Source: Eledone cirrhosa
Taxonomy: Eukaryota
DNA: 64,000 bases
Assembly (NCBI GenBank): GCA_964016885.1
Contig: OZ024758.1
Location: 25,296,001-25,360,000 of the forward strand
Direction of reading: 5' to 3'
Part shown: positions 40,608 through 53,471 of the stretch, one piece after another
Numbering within the stretch: the first letter of the stretch is position 1
How the letters are laid out: each line of letters begins with the position of its first letter
Position numbers and translations under genes: made by a program
Notes under the pieces: model-generated
Databases searched by the model: none
Seen by the model: the letters and a program-made list of their open reading frames with translations, nothing else
Told to the model about the DNA's origin: nothing

Positions 40608-40944
40608 GAAGGTACATGGCTTAGTGGTTAGAGCATTGGCCTTGCAATCGAAAGGTTGTGAGTTCAACTCTCAGACCGGGTGATGTGTTGTTTCCTTGAG
40701 CAAGACACTTTATTTCACATTGCTCCAGTTTACTCAGCTGTAATAATGAGATGATAGAGACTGGGGTCCCTATCATTCCACTGCAAAGTGGTCGTGGAGG
40801 TGCCACGGAAAAAAAGCACCCAGCACTCACTGTAAATGAAGTTGGTGTTAGGAAGGGCATCCAGCTGTAGAAAGCAAGCCAGAATCAGTTCCCGTCCCAC
40901 CCTTGCAAGCAGGGAAAAGCGGACGTAAAATGAAATGATGATGA
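40608..40944 (+). mobile_element. SINE family A
   Basis: Full copy; a 5'-truncated copy lies at 43410-43686. Confidence 0.9.
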
Positions 40945-41467
40945 GATATATATATATGATATGTAATTGCTGTACTTAAATTTTTTAGACGAATAATAAT
41001 TACTAAAATTACCATAAAGTCTTAAGATAAAAATCAAATGTTATTCAGTCAATAGATTTACAATATCTTGTTGATTTGGTCACTGTACCCTCCCCAAAGG
41101 TGATTTTTATGTAAATCCTCACATTTGTAAGGTGTGTAGGGTTTGTTGATTAAATTCTAATATATTTCACCTCACTTATTTGTTAAGTTGAGAGAAAGTA
41201 AGTTTTGAGCTTTGCAGTCTGTGCCATGACAACTTATAGTGGAATCTACAGAGGTTGAAACCTCCCTCAGCCTTTTTCTGTTACTGCTGGACCAAGGATA
41301 CTGATTAGCATTGAGCTTCTATAATCTTTACCAGGATATATATTGGTAAACTCCAATATAACCAAACATAGAGAAGTCAGCATGAATGGACCTGTTATTT
41401 TTATCTAAAGACATTTTTTCCAATTCCACCCCGCCCGTCCCTTCAATCTATCTTCTTTCTCATTCTT

Positions 41468-41503
41468 TCTTCTGATGAAGGACTAGCGTCCGAAACGTTA
41501 AGA
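41468..41503 (+). ncRNA. minimal Penelope-type hammerhead motif
   Basis: tctt CTGATGA a-gga ctagcg tcc GAAA cg TT aaga; palindromic AACGTT stem III. Confidence 0.55.
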
Positions 41504-42334
41504 CCCTTTTCCTGCTATTTCAAGCGTTAACCTAATATATACCTTCCATATACTGTACCGATTGTATTGTTATTTCTGTTTACCTTTTACATACCATCAT
41601 CATCATTACCGTTTTATGTCCTTTCTTCCACGCTAGCATGGGTTAGACGGGTTGTCCTGTTGTGGGCAGTGTCCGGTCGGCTGACCTTGTCTTGTTCATA
41701 CGGGAACTGATTCTGGCTTGATTTCTACAGCTGGATGCCCTTCCTAACACCACCCTCATTTACAGTGAGTGCTGGGTGCTTTGTTCCGTGGTGCCTACAC
41801 GTCCACTTTACAGTGTGGGCTGGGTGCATTTTTGCCATGGTACCTCCACGACCACTTTGCAGTGGAATGATAGGGACCCCAGTCCCTATCATCTCATTTC
41901 TACAGCTGAGTGAACTGGAGCAATGTGAAATAAAGTGTCTTGCTCAAGGAAACAACACATCACCTAGTACACATATATATATAGAGAGTCACGTTCGATC
42001 TGTAACGGATCTTGCCTCGAGCCGATCGACGGAGAATCATATGTAATATGTTAATAAATGTGAGGTGATGCAACACTGATTCCTCATCCTTTATAATATT
42101 ATACTCTGCGCGAGCATCGAGTGTTCAACTGGCATACCGACTTTGGACGCATTTGACCTTGCACCCCCCCCCCCCTGCTCTCAAGTGTCAACCCCTAATA
42201 TTAACACTTTGTACTGCCTCTTCGCTTTGTTGTTGCTTTTTTGTTTTCTCTTTTAACTATAATATATATATCATTATCATCATCATCATCATCATCATTT
42301 TACGTCCGCTTTTCCCTGCTTGCAAGATATATAA

Positions 42335-42413
<79 letters not shown>

Positions 42414-42421
42414 CACACACG

Positions 42422-42461
<40 letters not shown>

Positions 42462-42696
42462 CTGTAAATGTGGTTGGTGTTAGGAAGGGCATCCAACTGT
42501 AGAAAACCTGCCAGACAGTCCTATGCGAGCAAGACAATCACTCTTGCCTCAAGTGGGACTACCCCCGTCCAAACCCATGCAAGCGTGGAACACGGACGTT
42601 AAACGTTGATGATGATGATGATGATGATGATATATATATATATATATATTGTTCAAAATGTTAATAAATGAAAAATATTCTCATAATCAAAATATA

Positions 42697-42759
42697 TATT
42701 TTATTATACATATTTCAAAGGTACAATGGTGTTTAAGTACGTTTTCATCAGACAAAATA
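42697..42759 (-). ncRNA. type-I hammerhead ribozyme in module 42650-42810
   Basis: tattttgt CTGATGA aaacgtac...gtaccttt GAAA tatgta TA ataaaata. Confidence 0.65.
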
Positions 42760-42836
42760 TAAGATTTGATATGTGACATACCGCTACGGTTTTGATTATT
42801 CAATTCCAGTATATATATATATATATATATATATAT

Positions 42837-43141
42837 GGTGGCTGCCAACTCGTTTTCGAGTACGGCCACTACTTTATATCCATGTAGGAGAACCCCTACC
42901 GATGCACTGAACGAGTGTGACTTTTTAGTCCAGCCAGCGACTTGAAAACTCTGGTACAAACACTACACTTGTGACAATTATTGACACATAGTGCCGGGCC
43001 CATGGTACCATGTGAGTGACAAGTGCAGAGAGATCTCCAGATATAAAGCAATGCCTGTGCCGTGGAGCTTTTATAGTGAGCAAAGGCACTGCACAAAGCC
43101 AGTCCCACTCTCTTAACCAAGATGATATTTACCAAAAAGAA
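42837..43141 (-). mobile_element. truncated bipartite non-autonomous RTE derivative
   Basis: Same internal junction as 59447-60052. Confidence 0.75.
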
Positions 43142-43216
43142 TATATACATACAGTCTGCCAATACTGGAATTGAACCATCAAGACCGTTGAGGTATGTCA
43201 TACATCAATTCATATA

Positions 43217-43278
43217 TTTTATCTGATGAGGACGTACTGAAAAAACAGCACAGTACCTCCGAAATATATATAATAAAA
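43217..43278 (+). ncRNA. type-I hammerhead ribozyme, canonical core
   Basis: ttttat CTGATGA gga-c-gtactg aaaaaacagca cagtac-c-tcc GAAA tatata TA ataaaa; module 43146-43330. Confidence 0.75.
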
Positions 43279-43322
43279 CATATATTTTGATTATGTGAAT
43301 ATCTTCATTTATTAATATTCTG

Positions 43323-43392
<70 letters not shown>

Positions 43393-44484
43393 GACCGGGT
43401 GGTGTGTTTCTCAGACCGGGTGATGTGTTGTTTCCTTGAGCAAGACACTTTATTTCACATTTGCTCCAGTTTACTCAGCTGTAGAAATGAGATGATAGGG
43501 ACTGGGGTCCCTATCATTCCACTGCAAAGTGGTTGTGGGGGTGCCACGGCAAAAAAGCACCCACCACTCACTGTAAATGAGGTTGGTGTTAGGAAGGGCA
43601 TCCAGCTGTAGAAATGAAGCCAGAATGAGTTCCCGTCCCACCCTTGCCAGCAGGGAAAAGTGGACGTAAAATGACGATGATGATGATATATATATATATA
43701 TATATTGAAATGTAAATCTGAGTTTTTCAAATATTAATAATAATATTAATAATTGTTTCTACTTTAGGCACAAGGCCAGCAATTATCCAGTGCATTACTG
43801 GTACTTTATTTTATCGACCCCGAACGGATGAAAGGCAAAGTAAACCTCGGCGGGATTTGAACTCAGACCATAAAGGGCCGTAACTCTATGCGTCAAAGCA
43901 TGGCGTCCGACCCTCTACCGATACTGCCAATATATTAATAATTGTTTCTACTTTTGGCACAAGGCCAGCAAATACCCAGTGCATTACTGGTACTTTATTT
44001 TATCGACCCCGTAAGGATGAAAGGCAAAGTTAACCTCGGCGGGATTTGAACTCAGAATGGCAAGGGCCGTAACTCTATGCGTCAAAGCATGGCATCTGAC
44101 CGTCTACCGATAAAGAACCTCTTAAGCCATGTGAGTAGAATGACATCATCATTCTTACTCTTGTATTGGTATAGAGAGGGGGGGAGGGGGGGAGAAGGGG
44201 GAGCTAAATATTTAAAATGGTTATTCCGTACATTGTTGGTTCTTTAGTTTATTGACCCTAACAAATAACAGCAATGAGAATGATTTACGAGGATAGGCTG
44301 AAAAGTTCACTGGCTGACTCTGAAGGAGTGATGACAGGGCTGTGAAATCTTGCATGTATTAATTTCAACTCTGTTTATCAATAACTGCATTGTTTCTTTC
44401 CAGGGATTATGTTGAAAAATAAACCTCATTTGGTCATTCCATGAGAGTATCTTGGTCAACCTTTGAACTTTTCTGCTGAATCTC

Positions 44485-44526
<42 letters not shown>

Positions 44527-44565
44527 GATATTAATAAATGGAAACTATATTTATAAAACCATATT

Positions 44566-44630
44566 TATTTCATTATACATATTTCAGGGATACCAAATTA
44601 AAATATGGTATGCCTTCATCAGACAAAATA
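44566..44630 (-). ncRNA. type-I hammerhead ribozyme
   Basis: tattttgt CTGATGA agg-c-atacca...tggtat-c-cct GAAA tatgta TA atgaaata. Confidence 0.7.
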
Positions 44631-44851
44631 CAATATATAAACAGTTTTATAAATAATTTTGACGTACCCTATTAAATGCAACCATTATTTTTGGAAGCTG
44701 TCTGGATAGTGAGATATTTATATGATTTTATTAGTTATAGTGTTAAGCACAATTATAAAAAGACGGAGAGAAAGAAAGAAAAAAAACGGAGAGAGAAAGA
44801 AGGAGAGAGAGAAAAAGAAAACCTGGAGAAATATATATATATATATATATT

Positions 44852-45175
44852 ATCAAGAAAACGAAAAATCAGTGATGCATCTGGACTTAGTTTATTTCGT
44901 GTTACAAATGTTTCGCCGGCATGTAGCTCAAGTCATGGTCCTTGTATGGATCTGGCTGATTCTACTTCTGCGGCTTCTTTCAGTAGAATCAGCCAGATCC
45001 ATACAAGGACCATGACTCGAGCTACATGCCGGCGAAACATTTGTAACACGAAATAAACTAAGTCCAGATGCATCACTGATTTTTCGTTTTCTTGATTAAT
45101 ATCTACACTCTACTCTGATGAATATCGAGTGCTAATTTTGGCATACAGCCTACGGAAGCACCATAGCTACCACTA
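44852..45175. mobile_element. PLE-type module: 115-bp-arm inverted repeat (44852-45096) with HHR 3' half
   Basis: Arms 44852-44966 and 44982-45096; gccggc GAAA catttg TA acacg on both arms; ACTC..GAGT motif at 45106-45132. Confidence 0.65.
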
Positions 45176-45182
45176 TACACAA

Positions 45183-45213
<31 letters not shown>

Positions 45214-45415
45214 CATGTGTTAACGGTCTATTCTCCGATTTTTTACTTTCCCACGTGCTTACGCTCTGCTAACTCTCTAGCCCACTAAATATTAACACTT
45301 CGAATATTTAATACTACCGGCACTAGTATCGAGCACCTTTGGCATACGCTACTTGGCAAATAACTATATGTATCACCTAGCCCCCCCTTTTTTCTCTTTC
45401 TCGATACGTAACTAC

Positions 45416-45489
<74 letters not shown>

Positions 45490-45626
45490 ACGAAGGAAAT
45501 GTGGTAAGGAACCAGGTGGACCATAACGCACCAAAGTACTCAATACTTAGGGTAGTAGAGTGGACAGAATTAGACAGAATTAGCCGTCGAAACGGCTTGA
45601 GCTCAGCCGGCGGGGTCTTACTGGTT

Positions 45627-45656
<30 letters not shown>

Positions 45657-45660
<4 letters not shown>

Positions 45661-46086
45661 AAGTTATATTTAAAATTGTTGGGTTACAACTAGTAAATAT
45701 TTATAACTGATATAAAAGCACTCGACAAATATTTGGAGTATATTTACAATATTAAATAAATGGAAAACTATATTTATAAAACCATATTTATTTCATTATA
45801 TATATTTCAGGGATATCATATTAACAATATGTTATGCCTTCTTCAGACAAAATACAATATAAACAGTCTTATAAATAAATAGATACGACATACCTTTCAA
45901 TCACCTTGCATTTGGGAGCCTCCCAAATGCAAGGTGATTGAAAGGTATGTCGTATCTATTTATTTATAAGACTGTTTATATTATATTTTGTCTGAAGAAG
46001 GCATAACATATTGTTAATATGATATCCCTGAAATATATATAACGAAATAAATATGGTTTTATAAATATAGTTTCCATTTATTTAAT

Positions 46087-46088
<2 letters not shown>
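45657..46088. mobile_element. PLE-type module: ~170-bp-arm palindrome (45749-46088) with an HHR on each strand
   Basis: Centre gggag-c-ctccc at 45919; HHR+ 45984-46049 tattttgt CTGAAGA agg..cct GAAA tatata TA acgaaata; HHR- 45789-45854. Confidence 0.75.
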
Positions 46089-46125
<37 letters not shown>

Positions 46126-46812
46126 GGGTAGGGTGAAACGTTAATTGGCTGACTCTGAAGGAGTTACGCTAGAGCTGTGAAATCTTGCATGTATTAATTT
46201 CAACTCTTATTAATAACTATATTGTTTCTATCTAGGGACGATGTTGAAAAAAAACAAAAAAAAAAAAACACAATTTGCGCGTAGGCTAGTCTCTCTGGAA
46301 ATAGGGTTGGGGGGTCAGTGAGGGTATTACGTGGCCGTGGAGGGGAGTCGGCAAAAGTTTGAGAACTTCTGGTCTAATGGACTTTGGTATGTATGGACTT
46401 TGTTCTATAATCTGGCAATGTTGTGGAACATAAATCTTAACTCTTCGTTGCAGCCATTTCCCTTTATTTGAGCTACGTATGCATTTAGGAAAGATAAAAG
46501 TATTATAACTATCATCTGCTTGCTTTAAACATAGGGAAACTGTGGTCTATTAAAAAGGAAACAATATTAAAATAAATCTATAAATATGTGAAAATAATGC
46601 TGAATAAGATTTGGTATTATAGAAAATACTTTTATACCAAACTGACTCTGAGAATGTAAAACCTGACTAACATGTCACGTTTCCATTAATTTCTTCCTTT
46701 CAAGTCTATAAAACAGCAGTGAGTAACATGAAGGCGGGTCCTTCATATTATGGTCGTTAAACTCGGAAGGAAATCAAGACTGGGTGGTCACGGTTTGAAC
46801 GGTTTTTAATTA

Positions 46813-46891
46813 TTGGGTCGTCAAGTATGAACTTTGTAGAAATTTGTAGAAAAAAAACAAATTTCTACAAATTTCATACTTGACGACCCAA
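46813..46891. mobile_element. 79-bp Tc1/mariner-type mini-MITE, TA TSD
   Basis: ttgggtcgtcaagtatgaa...ttcatacttgacgacccaa; absent from the paralogous repeat at ~49330. Confidence 0.7.
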
Positions 46892-46990
46892 TAAAAGTCA
46901 ACCGGATTAAGGTTGACCAAGGGTTAAACAACAACAACAACAACAACAGTATGACGATGACCATGTTAGTCACAGACACTTACATAGTAT

Positions 46991-48065
46991 CAGGGGTGGT
47001 GTGGTGGAATGGAAGCATTTCTAAATCGGTGGGGAGGGGTCCAAATTTGGTCAATTTAGTTGTAGTGATTAGTTTAGCTGGGTTGGCAGTATCGGTGGAG
47101 AATCGGGCACCATGCTTTGCAGCATAGAGTTACGGCCCTTTATGATCTGAGTTCAAATCCCGCCAAGGTTAACTTTGCCTTTCATCATTACGGGGTTGAT
47201 AAAATAAAGTACCAGTAACGTACTGGGGTCGATTTAATCGACTTCCCCCTCCTCTCAAATTACTGCCCTTGTGCCTATACTAGAAATCATTATCTAATAT
47301 CAATCAATCAATCAAGACCATCTTCCCGTTCCGCGGTGGTAAACCTCTCGTCTGGGGTGCCACCTGCACCGACACTTTCTGCAGCCGCAGTCTGCGATTA
47401 ACCCGGGTTCTGCTGCACGTCGGGCTGAGGGGGCTAAACTCCTCAAATACCGGTCGCTCTCCGACAGGTTTGCGGTTGTACCCCTGGCAGGGGAGACTTC
47501 TGGTGTGTCCTCGGCCCTAGGGCTACCTCCCTACTCACCACCATAGGCGCTGAGCTGGCCAGCGAGTTGGAGTGGCTTTTCCAGCGCGTCTCCCTTGTAC
47601 TTTTGGGAAACGCTCTCTACATTCTGACCGCAGGGGCTGTGACGGAGCCCCATCGCGTATCATTCCATATTTAGTTGTGGTGTCGGTGTGTGTGTGTGTG
47701 TGTTTGTATGTATATATTGCTTTTGTTTTCATTCAGCATCATGTCATTCTTCATTGATTTTCTCTACTAATGAATTATATTTGGCACACAAAGTCACATA
47801 CACACACACACACATGTAGTCACGCACACATACGACCACACACACACACACACCCGTAGACACAATGGCCTTAGGTCACTTTTACTAATTTTCCTATCTA
47901 CTCGAACGGAATAAAGGCCAGAGTTTGTTGTTCATAACTTTATATATATAAAAAAAAAAAAAAATGAATAAACTTCGATATGCAATAAAGTTAACATGTT
48001 TTGGTAGTTTGGGGAGACAAATATAATTGGGGGTACCCCTGTCCCCCCAGTTCCACTGTCCCTGA
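46991..48065. mobile_element. CAGGG...CCCTG-ended element with nested SINE B and a (GATT)n-tailed retroposon
   Basis: agtat on both sides; empty site visible in paralog ~49432-49450; the GC-rich insert 47299-47690 ends in (ATCA)n. Confidence 0.55.
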
Positions 48066-48121
48066 GTATGGTTCCATTTTTTTTTTTTACTAAGGCATAA
48101 AGCCCTATATGTTTTTATTAA

Positions 48122-49224
48122 CCCTTTAACATTTACATTACTCTATATATACTATTTTATTTTCATGGTAAAGGCTTTACTTCACATAATATCTCACATA
48201 ACATTCACATTACTCTATATATACTATTTTATTTTCATGGTAAAGGCTTTACCTCACATAACATTCACATTACTCTATATATACTATTTTATTTTAATGG
48301 TAAAGGCTTTACCTCACATAACATTCACATTACTCTATATATACTATTTTATTTTCATGGTAAAGGCTTTACCTCACATAATATCTCACATAACATTCAC
48401 ATTACTCTATATATACTATTTTATTTTCATGGTAAAGGCTTTACCTCACATAACATTCACATTACTCTATATATACTATTTTATTTTCATGGTAAAGGCT
48501 TTACCTCACATAATATCTCACATAACATTCACATTACTCTATATATACTATTTTATTTTAATGGTAAAGGCTTTACCTCACATAACATTCACATTACTCT
48601 ATATATACTATTTTATTTTCATGGTAAAGGCTTTACCTCACATAATTATCTCACATAACATTCACATTACTCTATATATACTATTTTATTTTAATGGTAA
48701 AGGCTTTACTTCACATAATTATCTCACATAACATTCACATTACTCTATATATACTATTATATTTTAATGGTAAAGGCTTTACTTCACATAATTATCTCAC
48801 ATAACATTCACATTACTCTATATATACTATTTTATTTTCATGGTAAAGGCTTTATCTCACATAATTATCTCACATAACATTCACATTACTCTATATATAC
48901 TATTATATTTTAATGGTAAAGGCTTTACTTCACATAATTATCTCACATAACATTCACATTACTCTATATATACTATTTTATTTCCATGGTAAAGGCTTTA
49001 CCTCACATAATATCTCACATAACATTCACATTACTCTATATATACTATTATATGTTCATGGTAAAGGCTTTACTTCACATAATTATCTCACATAATATCG
49101 AATCTATGAGATTTTGAAAGTATTTATTTTGAGAACAATACCTTAACATCAGTATGAGCGACCAGTTACAGCCAGTTTTAACAGAAAGAGGTAGAGAATT
49201 TTGGCCGGTTTGAACATTAAAGGG
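48122..49224 (+). mobile_element. piggyBac-type MITE with internal tandem amplification (~71-85-bp unit, ~12 copies)
   Basis: TTAA-CCCTTT at 48118-48127; AAAGGG-TTAA at 49219-49228; repeated acattcacattactctatatatact...cacata. Confidence 0.9.
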
Positions 49225-49599
49225 TTAAGGGAGGAAACAGCAGGCAGCAACATGAAGGGTTCCTTGATATTACGGTCGTTAAACTCAGAAGGAAATATAA
49301 GACTGGGTGGTCACGGTTTGAACGGTTTTTAATCAAAGGTCTACCGGACTGAGGCTGACCTTGGGTTACACAACAACAACAACAACAGCAACTACTACTG
49401 TATGACGATGACCATGTTAGTCACCAACACTTATACATAGTATGGTTCCACTTTTTGACCAAGGCACAAAGCCCTATATTTTATTCAGGCGGGGAAAACA
49501 GCAGCCAGTAACAGGAACGAATAGGCTATGTAGCCGGTAAACCCTAAAGGGACGCAACACACATCGCTATAGCGTTTCACCAGCCCCTTCCTTCTGCAT

Positions 49600-50406
49600 A
49601 TTAAAGTGTAGATGTGTGTGTGTGTGTGTGTAGGTTTGCACTCCTGTTGTCTGAATCTGTTTGTGTATTTACGTGTATGTGTGTATGTGTGAGTTTGCAC
49701 TTCTGTTGTCTGTATCTGTTTATGTATTTACATGTAGATATGTGTGTGTGTGTATGTGTGAGTTTGCACTTCTGTTGTCTGTGTCTGTTTATGTATTTAC
49801 ATGTATATATGTGTGTGTGTGTGTATGTGTGTGTTTGCACTTCTGTTGTCTGTCTGTTTATCTATTTACATGTAGATGTGTATATGTGTATGTGTGTGTT
49901 TGCACCCCTGTTGTCTGTATCTGTTTATGTATTTACATGTAGATGTGTATATGTGTATGTGTGTGTTTGCACCTCTGTTGTCTGTATCTGTTTATCTATT
50001 TACATGTATATGGTATGTGTGTGTATGTGTGTGTTTGCACCTCTGTTGTCTGTATCTGTTTATGTATTTACATGTAGATATGTGTGTATGTGTGTGTTTG
50101 CACCTCTGTTGTCTGTATCTGTTTATGTATTTACATGTAGATATGTGTGTATGTGTGAGTTTGCACCTCTGTTGTCTGTATTTGTTTATGTTTTTACATG
50201 TAGATATGTGTGTATGTGTGAGTTTGCACCTCTGTTGTCTGTATTTGTTTATGTTTTTACATGTAGATGTGTGTGTATGTGTGAGTTTGCACCTCTGTTG
50301 TCTGTATTTGTTTATGTTTTTACATGTAGATGTGTGTGTATGTGTGAGTTTGCACCTCTGTTGTCTGTATTTGTTTATGTTTTTACATGTAGATGTGTGT
50401 GTATGT
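49600..50406. repeat. ~62-bp TG-rich minisatellite
   Basis: Unit gtttgcacctctgttgtctgtatytgtttatgtwtttacatgtagatrtgtgtgtatgtgtgw. Confidence 0.9.
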
Positions 50407-50632
50407 AACTAAAGCGTAACGTACATTACGAATGGACGACTAAATGATTTAAACTTGTTTTTTAACAATTGATGGTAGAAAAGATTTCAAATTGTCTTAA
50501 CTCAGACCGTAAAAAGCCACAACTCATGGTGTATGACACTCTTACCGGCTACCTAGCCTCTTCCTAACACGAAGGCAGGTCTTTTATATTACGGTCGTTA
50601 AACTCAGAAGGAAATTCAAACAAACCAGAATT

Positions 50633-51165
50633 AGTGACTCTTTTGCTCTTTCCCACATCCTGGATGCTGCGGTTAGGACGAGAGACACAGCTTCCGCAGC
50701 CGAGCGGAGTAAGACCCTCAAATACTCTGATCTGTCGACCAGCTATATTTTTCAGCTTGTGGCTTTCGAGACGTTTGGGGGAGTCGGGCCGCTGACTGCG
50801 AGGTTCCTCTCTTCACTGGCGGCTCGCCTAACCCTCTAGTGTTCAAACCGGCCAAAACCGGCCAGAATTCTCTACCTCTTTCTGTTGAAACTGGATGTAA
50901 CTGGTCGCTCAAACTGATGTTAAGGTATTGTTCTCTAAATAAATACTTTCAAAATCTCATAGATTCGATATTATGTGAGATAATTATGTGAAGTAAAGCC
51001 TTTACCATGAAAATATAATAGTATATATAGAGTAATGTGAATGCTAAAGGGCTAATAGGGGTAACTGGCGAATCTCGCGAGGGCGCTTGGCTGTTTCAGC
51101 GCATCAGCCTCGCCATCACTCGAGGCAACGCTACGGGTGTGCTGGCTTGCCTCAAAAATCATTAG
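50633..51165 (+). pseudogene. C-terminal restriction-like endonuclease region of a CRE-like non-LTR retrotransposon, split by a MITE
   Basis: After MITE removal: SDSFALSH...AAERSKTLKYSDL..YIFQLVAFETFGGVGP...RLIGVTGESREGAWLFQRISLAITRGNATGVL*. Confidence 0.75.
50832..51051 (-). mobile_element. piggyBac-type MITE with CTAA TSD
   Basis: CTAA at 50828-50831 and 51052-51055. Confidence 0.85.
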
Positions 51166-52270
51166 AGAGGTTGCAGAGTACTCGCGATGTTGCTGTCTTT
51201 TGCTCTGGTGTTGGCCCCGTTGTTCACCCCTTCCTTTACATTTTCTTTAATATTGTAGCATTGAAGGAATATATCTTTCATTGTATCATCCTTTGTAGTG
51301 TTACCGAGGCATTTGTAATGTTATTTATGGATATATTTAAAACATGTTATGTTATTCTACTGTAAATTTATTTATATGCTCTGTTTATATTTTCATTCTG
51401 AAGGAATTGCAAACGATTTGTAATGTTGTTTACAACAGAATATAATACTAACATCGAATGTCATTAAACTTTCTAAAGAAATACAATAATTGTTTCTACT
51501 TGTTTTGGCACAAGTCCAGCACATACCTAGTGTATTACTGGTACTTTCTAAAGAAATACAATAATTATTTCTACTTTTGGCACAAGGCCAGCAATTATTC
51601 CAGTACATTACTGGTACTTTATTTTATCGACCCCGTAAGGATGAAAGGCAAAGTTAACCTCGGCGGGATTTGAACTCAGACCATAAAGGGACGTAACTCT
51701 ATGCTGCAAAGCATGGCGTCCGACCCTCTACCGGTACTGCCAATCCACCGCCCTCTAAAGAAATACAATAATGCTTCAATGTTTACTTAGTCTTGTATTC
51801 TCTCTCTCTTATGTGTGTGTGTGCGTGTGCGCGAGTATGCGTGTGTGTGTGTGAGTCGGTGTGTGTGAATGTGAATATATGTGCGTGTATGTGTGTGCGC
51901 GTGTATATGTGTGTGTGTGGGGGGGATATGCGTGTGTATGGGCATGTATGTGTGTGTGCATGTCTGAATGTGTGTGTGAGTATATGTGCGCGCGTGTGTA
52001 TGAGTGTATATATATATATATGTGTGTGTTTGTATGTATATATGTATATATGTGTGTGTCCGTGTATGTGTGTGTGTGTATATGAGTGTATGTATTTAGT
52101 ATAAAATACTATTTAATACAATTGTATTAAATATATATTTACCAAACATAATAGTTTCATGTACTCATGTACTCACTCCAACTAAATACTTCAAGAATTA
52201 AACGCAAAATTATTATATTTTTCTTTCGTTACCTATATAATAGATTAAACAATACTGTCTTTATTAAATA

Positions 52271-52340
52271 CAGGGTGTCCCCCAAAAATATTGCCTGTAC
52301 AGGTAATCAAAATGTGTATACATTTTTGGGGGACACCCTG
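52271..52340. mobile_element. 70-bp Tc1/mariner-type mini-MITE
   Basis: TA cagggtgtcccccaaaaat...atttttgggggacaccctg TA. Confidence 0.8.
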
Positions 52341-52609
52341 TATATATAACAAAAAAAAATTAACCTAAAAAACTCATATCTAAAAACATGATTAACTATA
52401 TACAGTAGTCCCCCGGTATTTGTGGGTGTTACTTTACTAGAGCACCCGCGAAGAGTGAAAAGCCGCGAATATTGGACGTGGTCCACAAAGATGCCCATAA
52501 ACGTTAAAATATAACGTCAAATATAATTTTAAAAAAGAGGGAGCCGTCTTATACGAATGGTCGTCCAATAGGCCGGCAAATACGATATATTGTTATTAAT
52601 AATTTAGCG

Positions 52610-52655
<46 letters not shown>

Positions 52656-52698
52656 CAAAATATTAACAAATGAAGGATATTCACATAATCAAAATATA

Positions 52699-52764
52699 TA
52701 CTTTATTATATATATTTCAAAGGTACTGTGTTGTTTTTTCAGTACGTCTTCATCAGATAAAATA
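52699..52764 (-). ncRNA. type-I hammerhead ribozyme in module 52650-52955
   Basis: tattttat CTGATGA aga-c-gtactg...cagtac-c-ttt GAAA tatata TA ataaagta. Confidence 0.7.
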
Positions 52765-52953
52765 TATGATTTGATATATGACATACCGCTACGTTCTTGA
52801 TTATACAACTCTAGTATTGGCATGTGTTAATATTTCATTTGTTAATATTTTGAATAATATTAAAAACCCCAGGAAAACTTTTACTGTTGAGTGCTTTTAA
52901 TCTATTGTAAAACTGTATTCATTGAGTAATCAACGAACCATATTAATCTTTGG

Positions 52954-52990
<37 letters not shown>

Positions 52991-53471
52991 TAAAGTTAGT
53001 CCTTCATCAGTGATCTTCCAACCATCATTGGTATTTCATCGCTTTAAAGACCATATACCTCCGGTTGGTGCGAGCAACGGCTAAAAAAAGTCGTTGGGAC
53101 ACGTAAATAAAGGGGACACGAGTGTAAACAAACAAAAATGGTGAAGCAACGAAAAGTGAGGAAGAAGGAGTCAAGTCCCAAATTTCTATGAATTTAAATT
53201 CGGTGAAATCGTGAACGAGAGAGAATAAAGACCATCAAACCTGGTTGAAATGTGAGCAAGGAAGGAATTTCGCACAGGTCTAACGGGAAGAAGAAGGGGT
53301 CTAGTCTGTGAATTCGGTAAACATAAGTTCTGTGAAATCGTAGACGAGAGAGAGAAAAAATGTATATATATATACATTTTGAGTATATGTTGGTTGTATA
53401 CCAACACCTCAGTATGCAGATTGGAGCATTCGACGAAGTGCGCAGGTTGGTTTGGTTACTCCGGAGTAATC

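Noticed and set aside
45115-45121. CTGATGA as hammerhead core
   Set aside because: No following stem II-GAAA or matching stem I; it lies inside the ACTC/GAGT hairpin.
52988-53015. minus-strand CTGATGA at module edge
   Set aside because: Truncated by the TA tract before any GAAA; not countable as a ribozyme.
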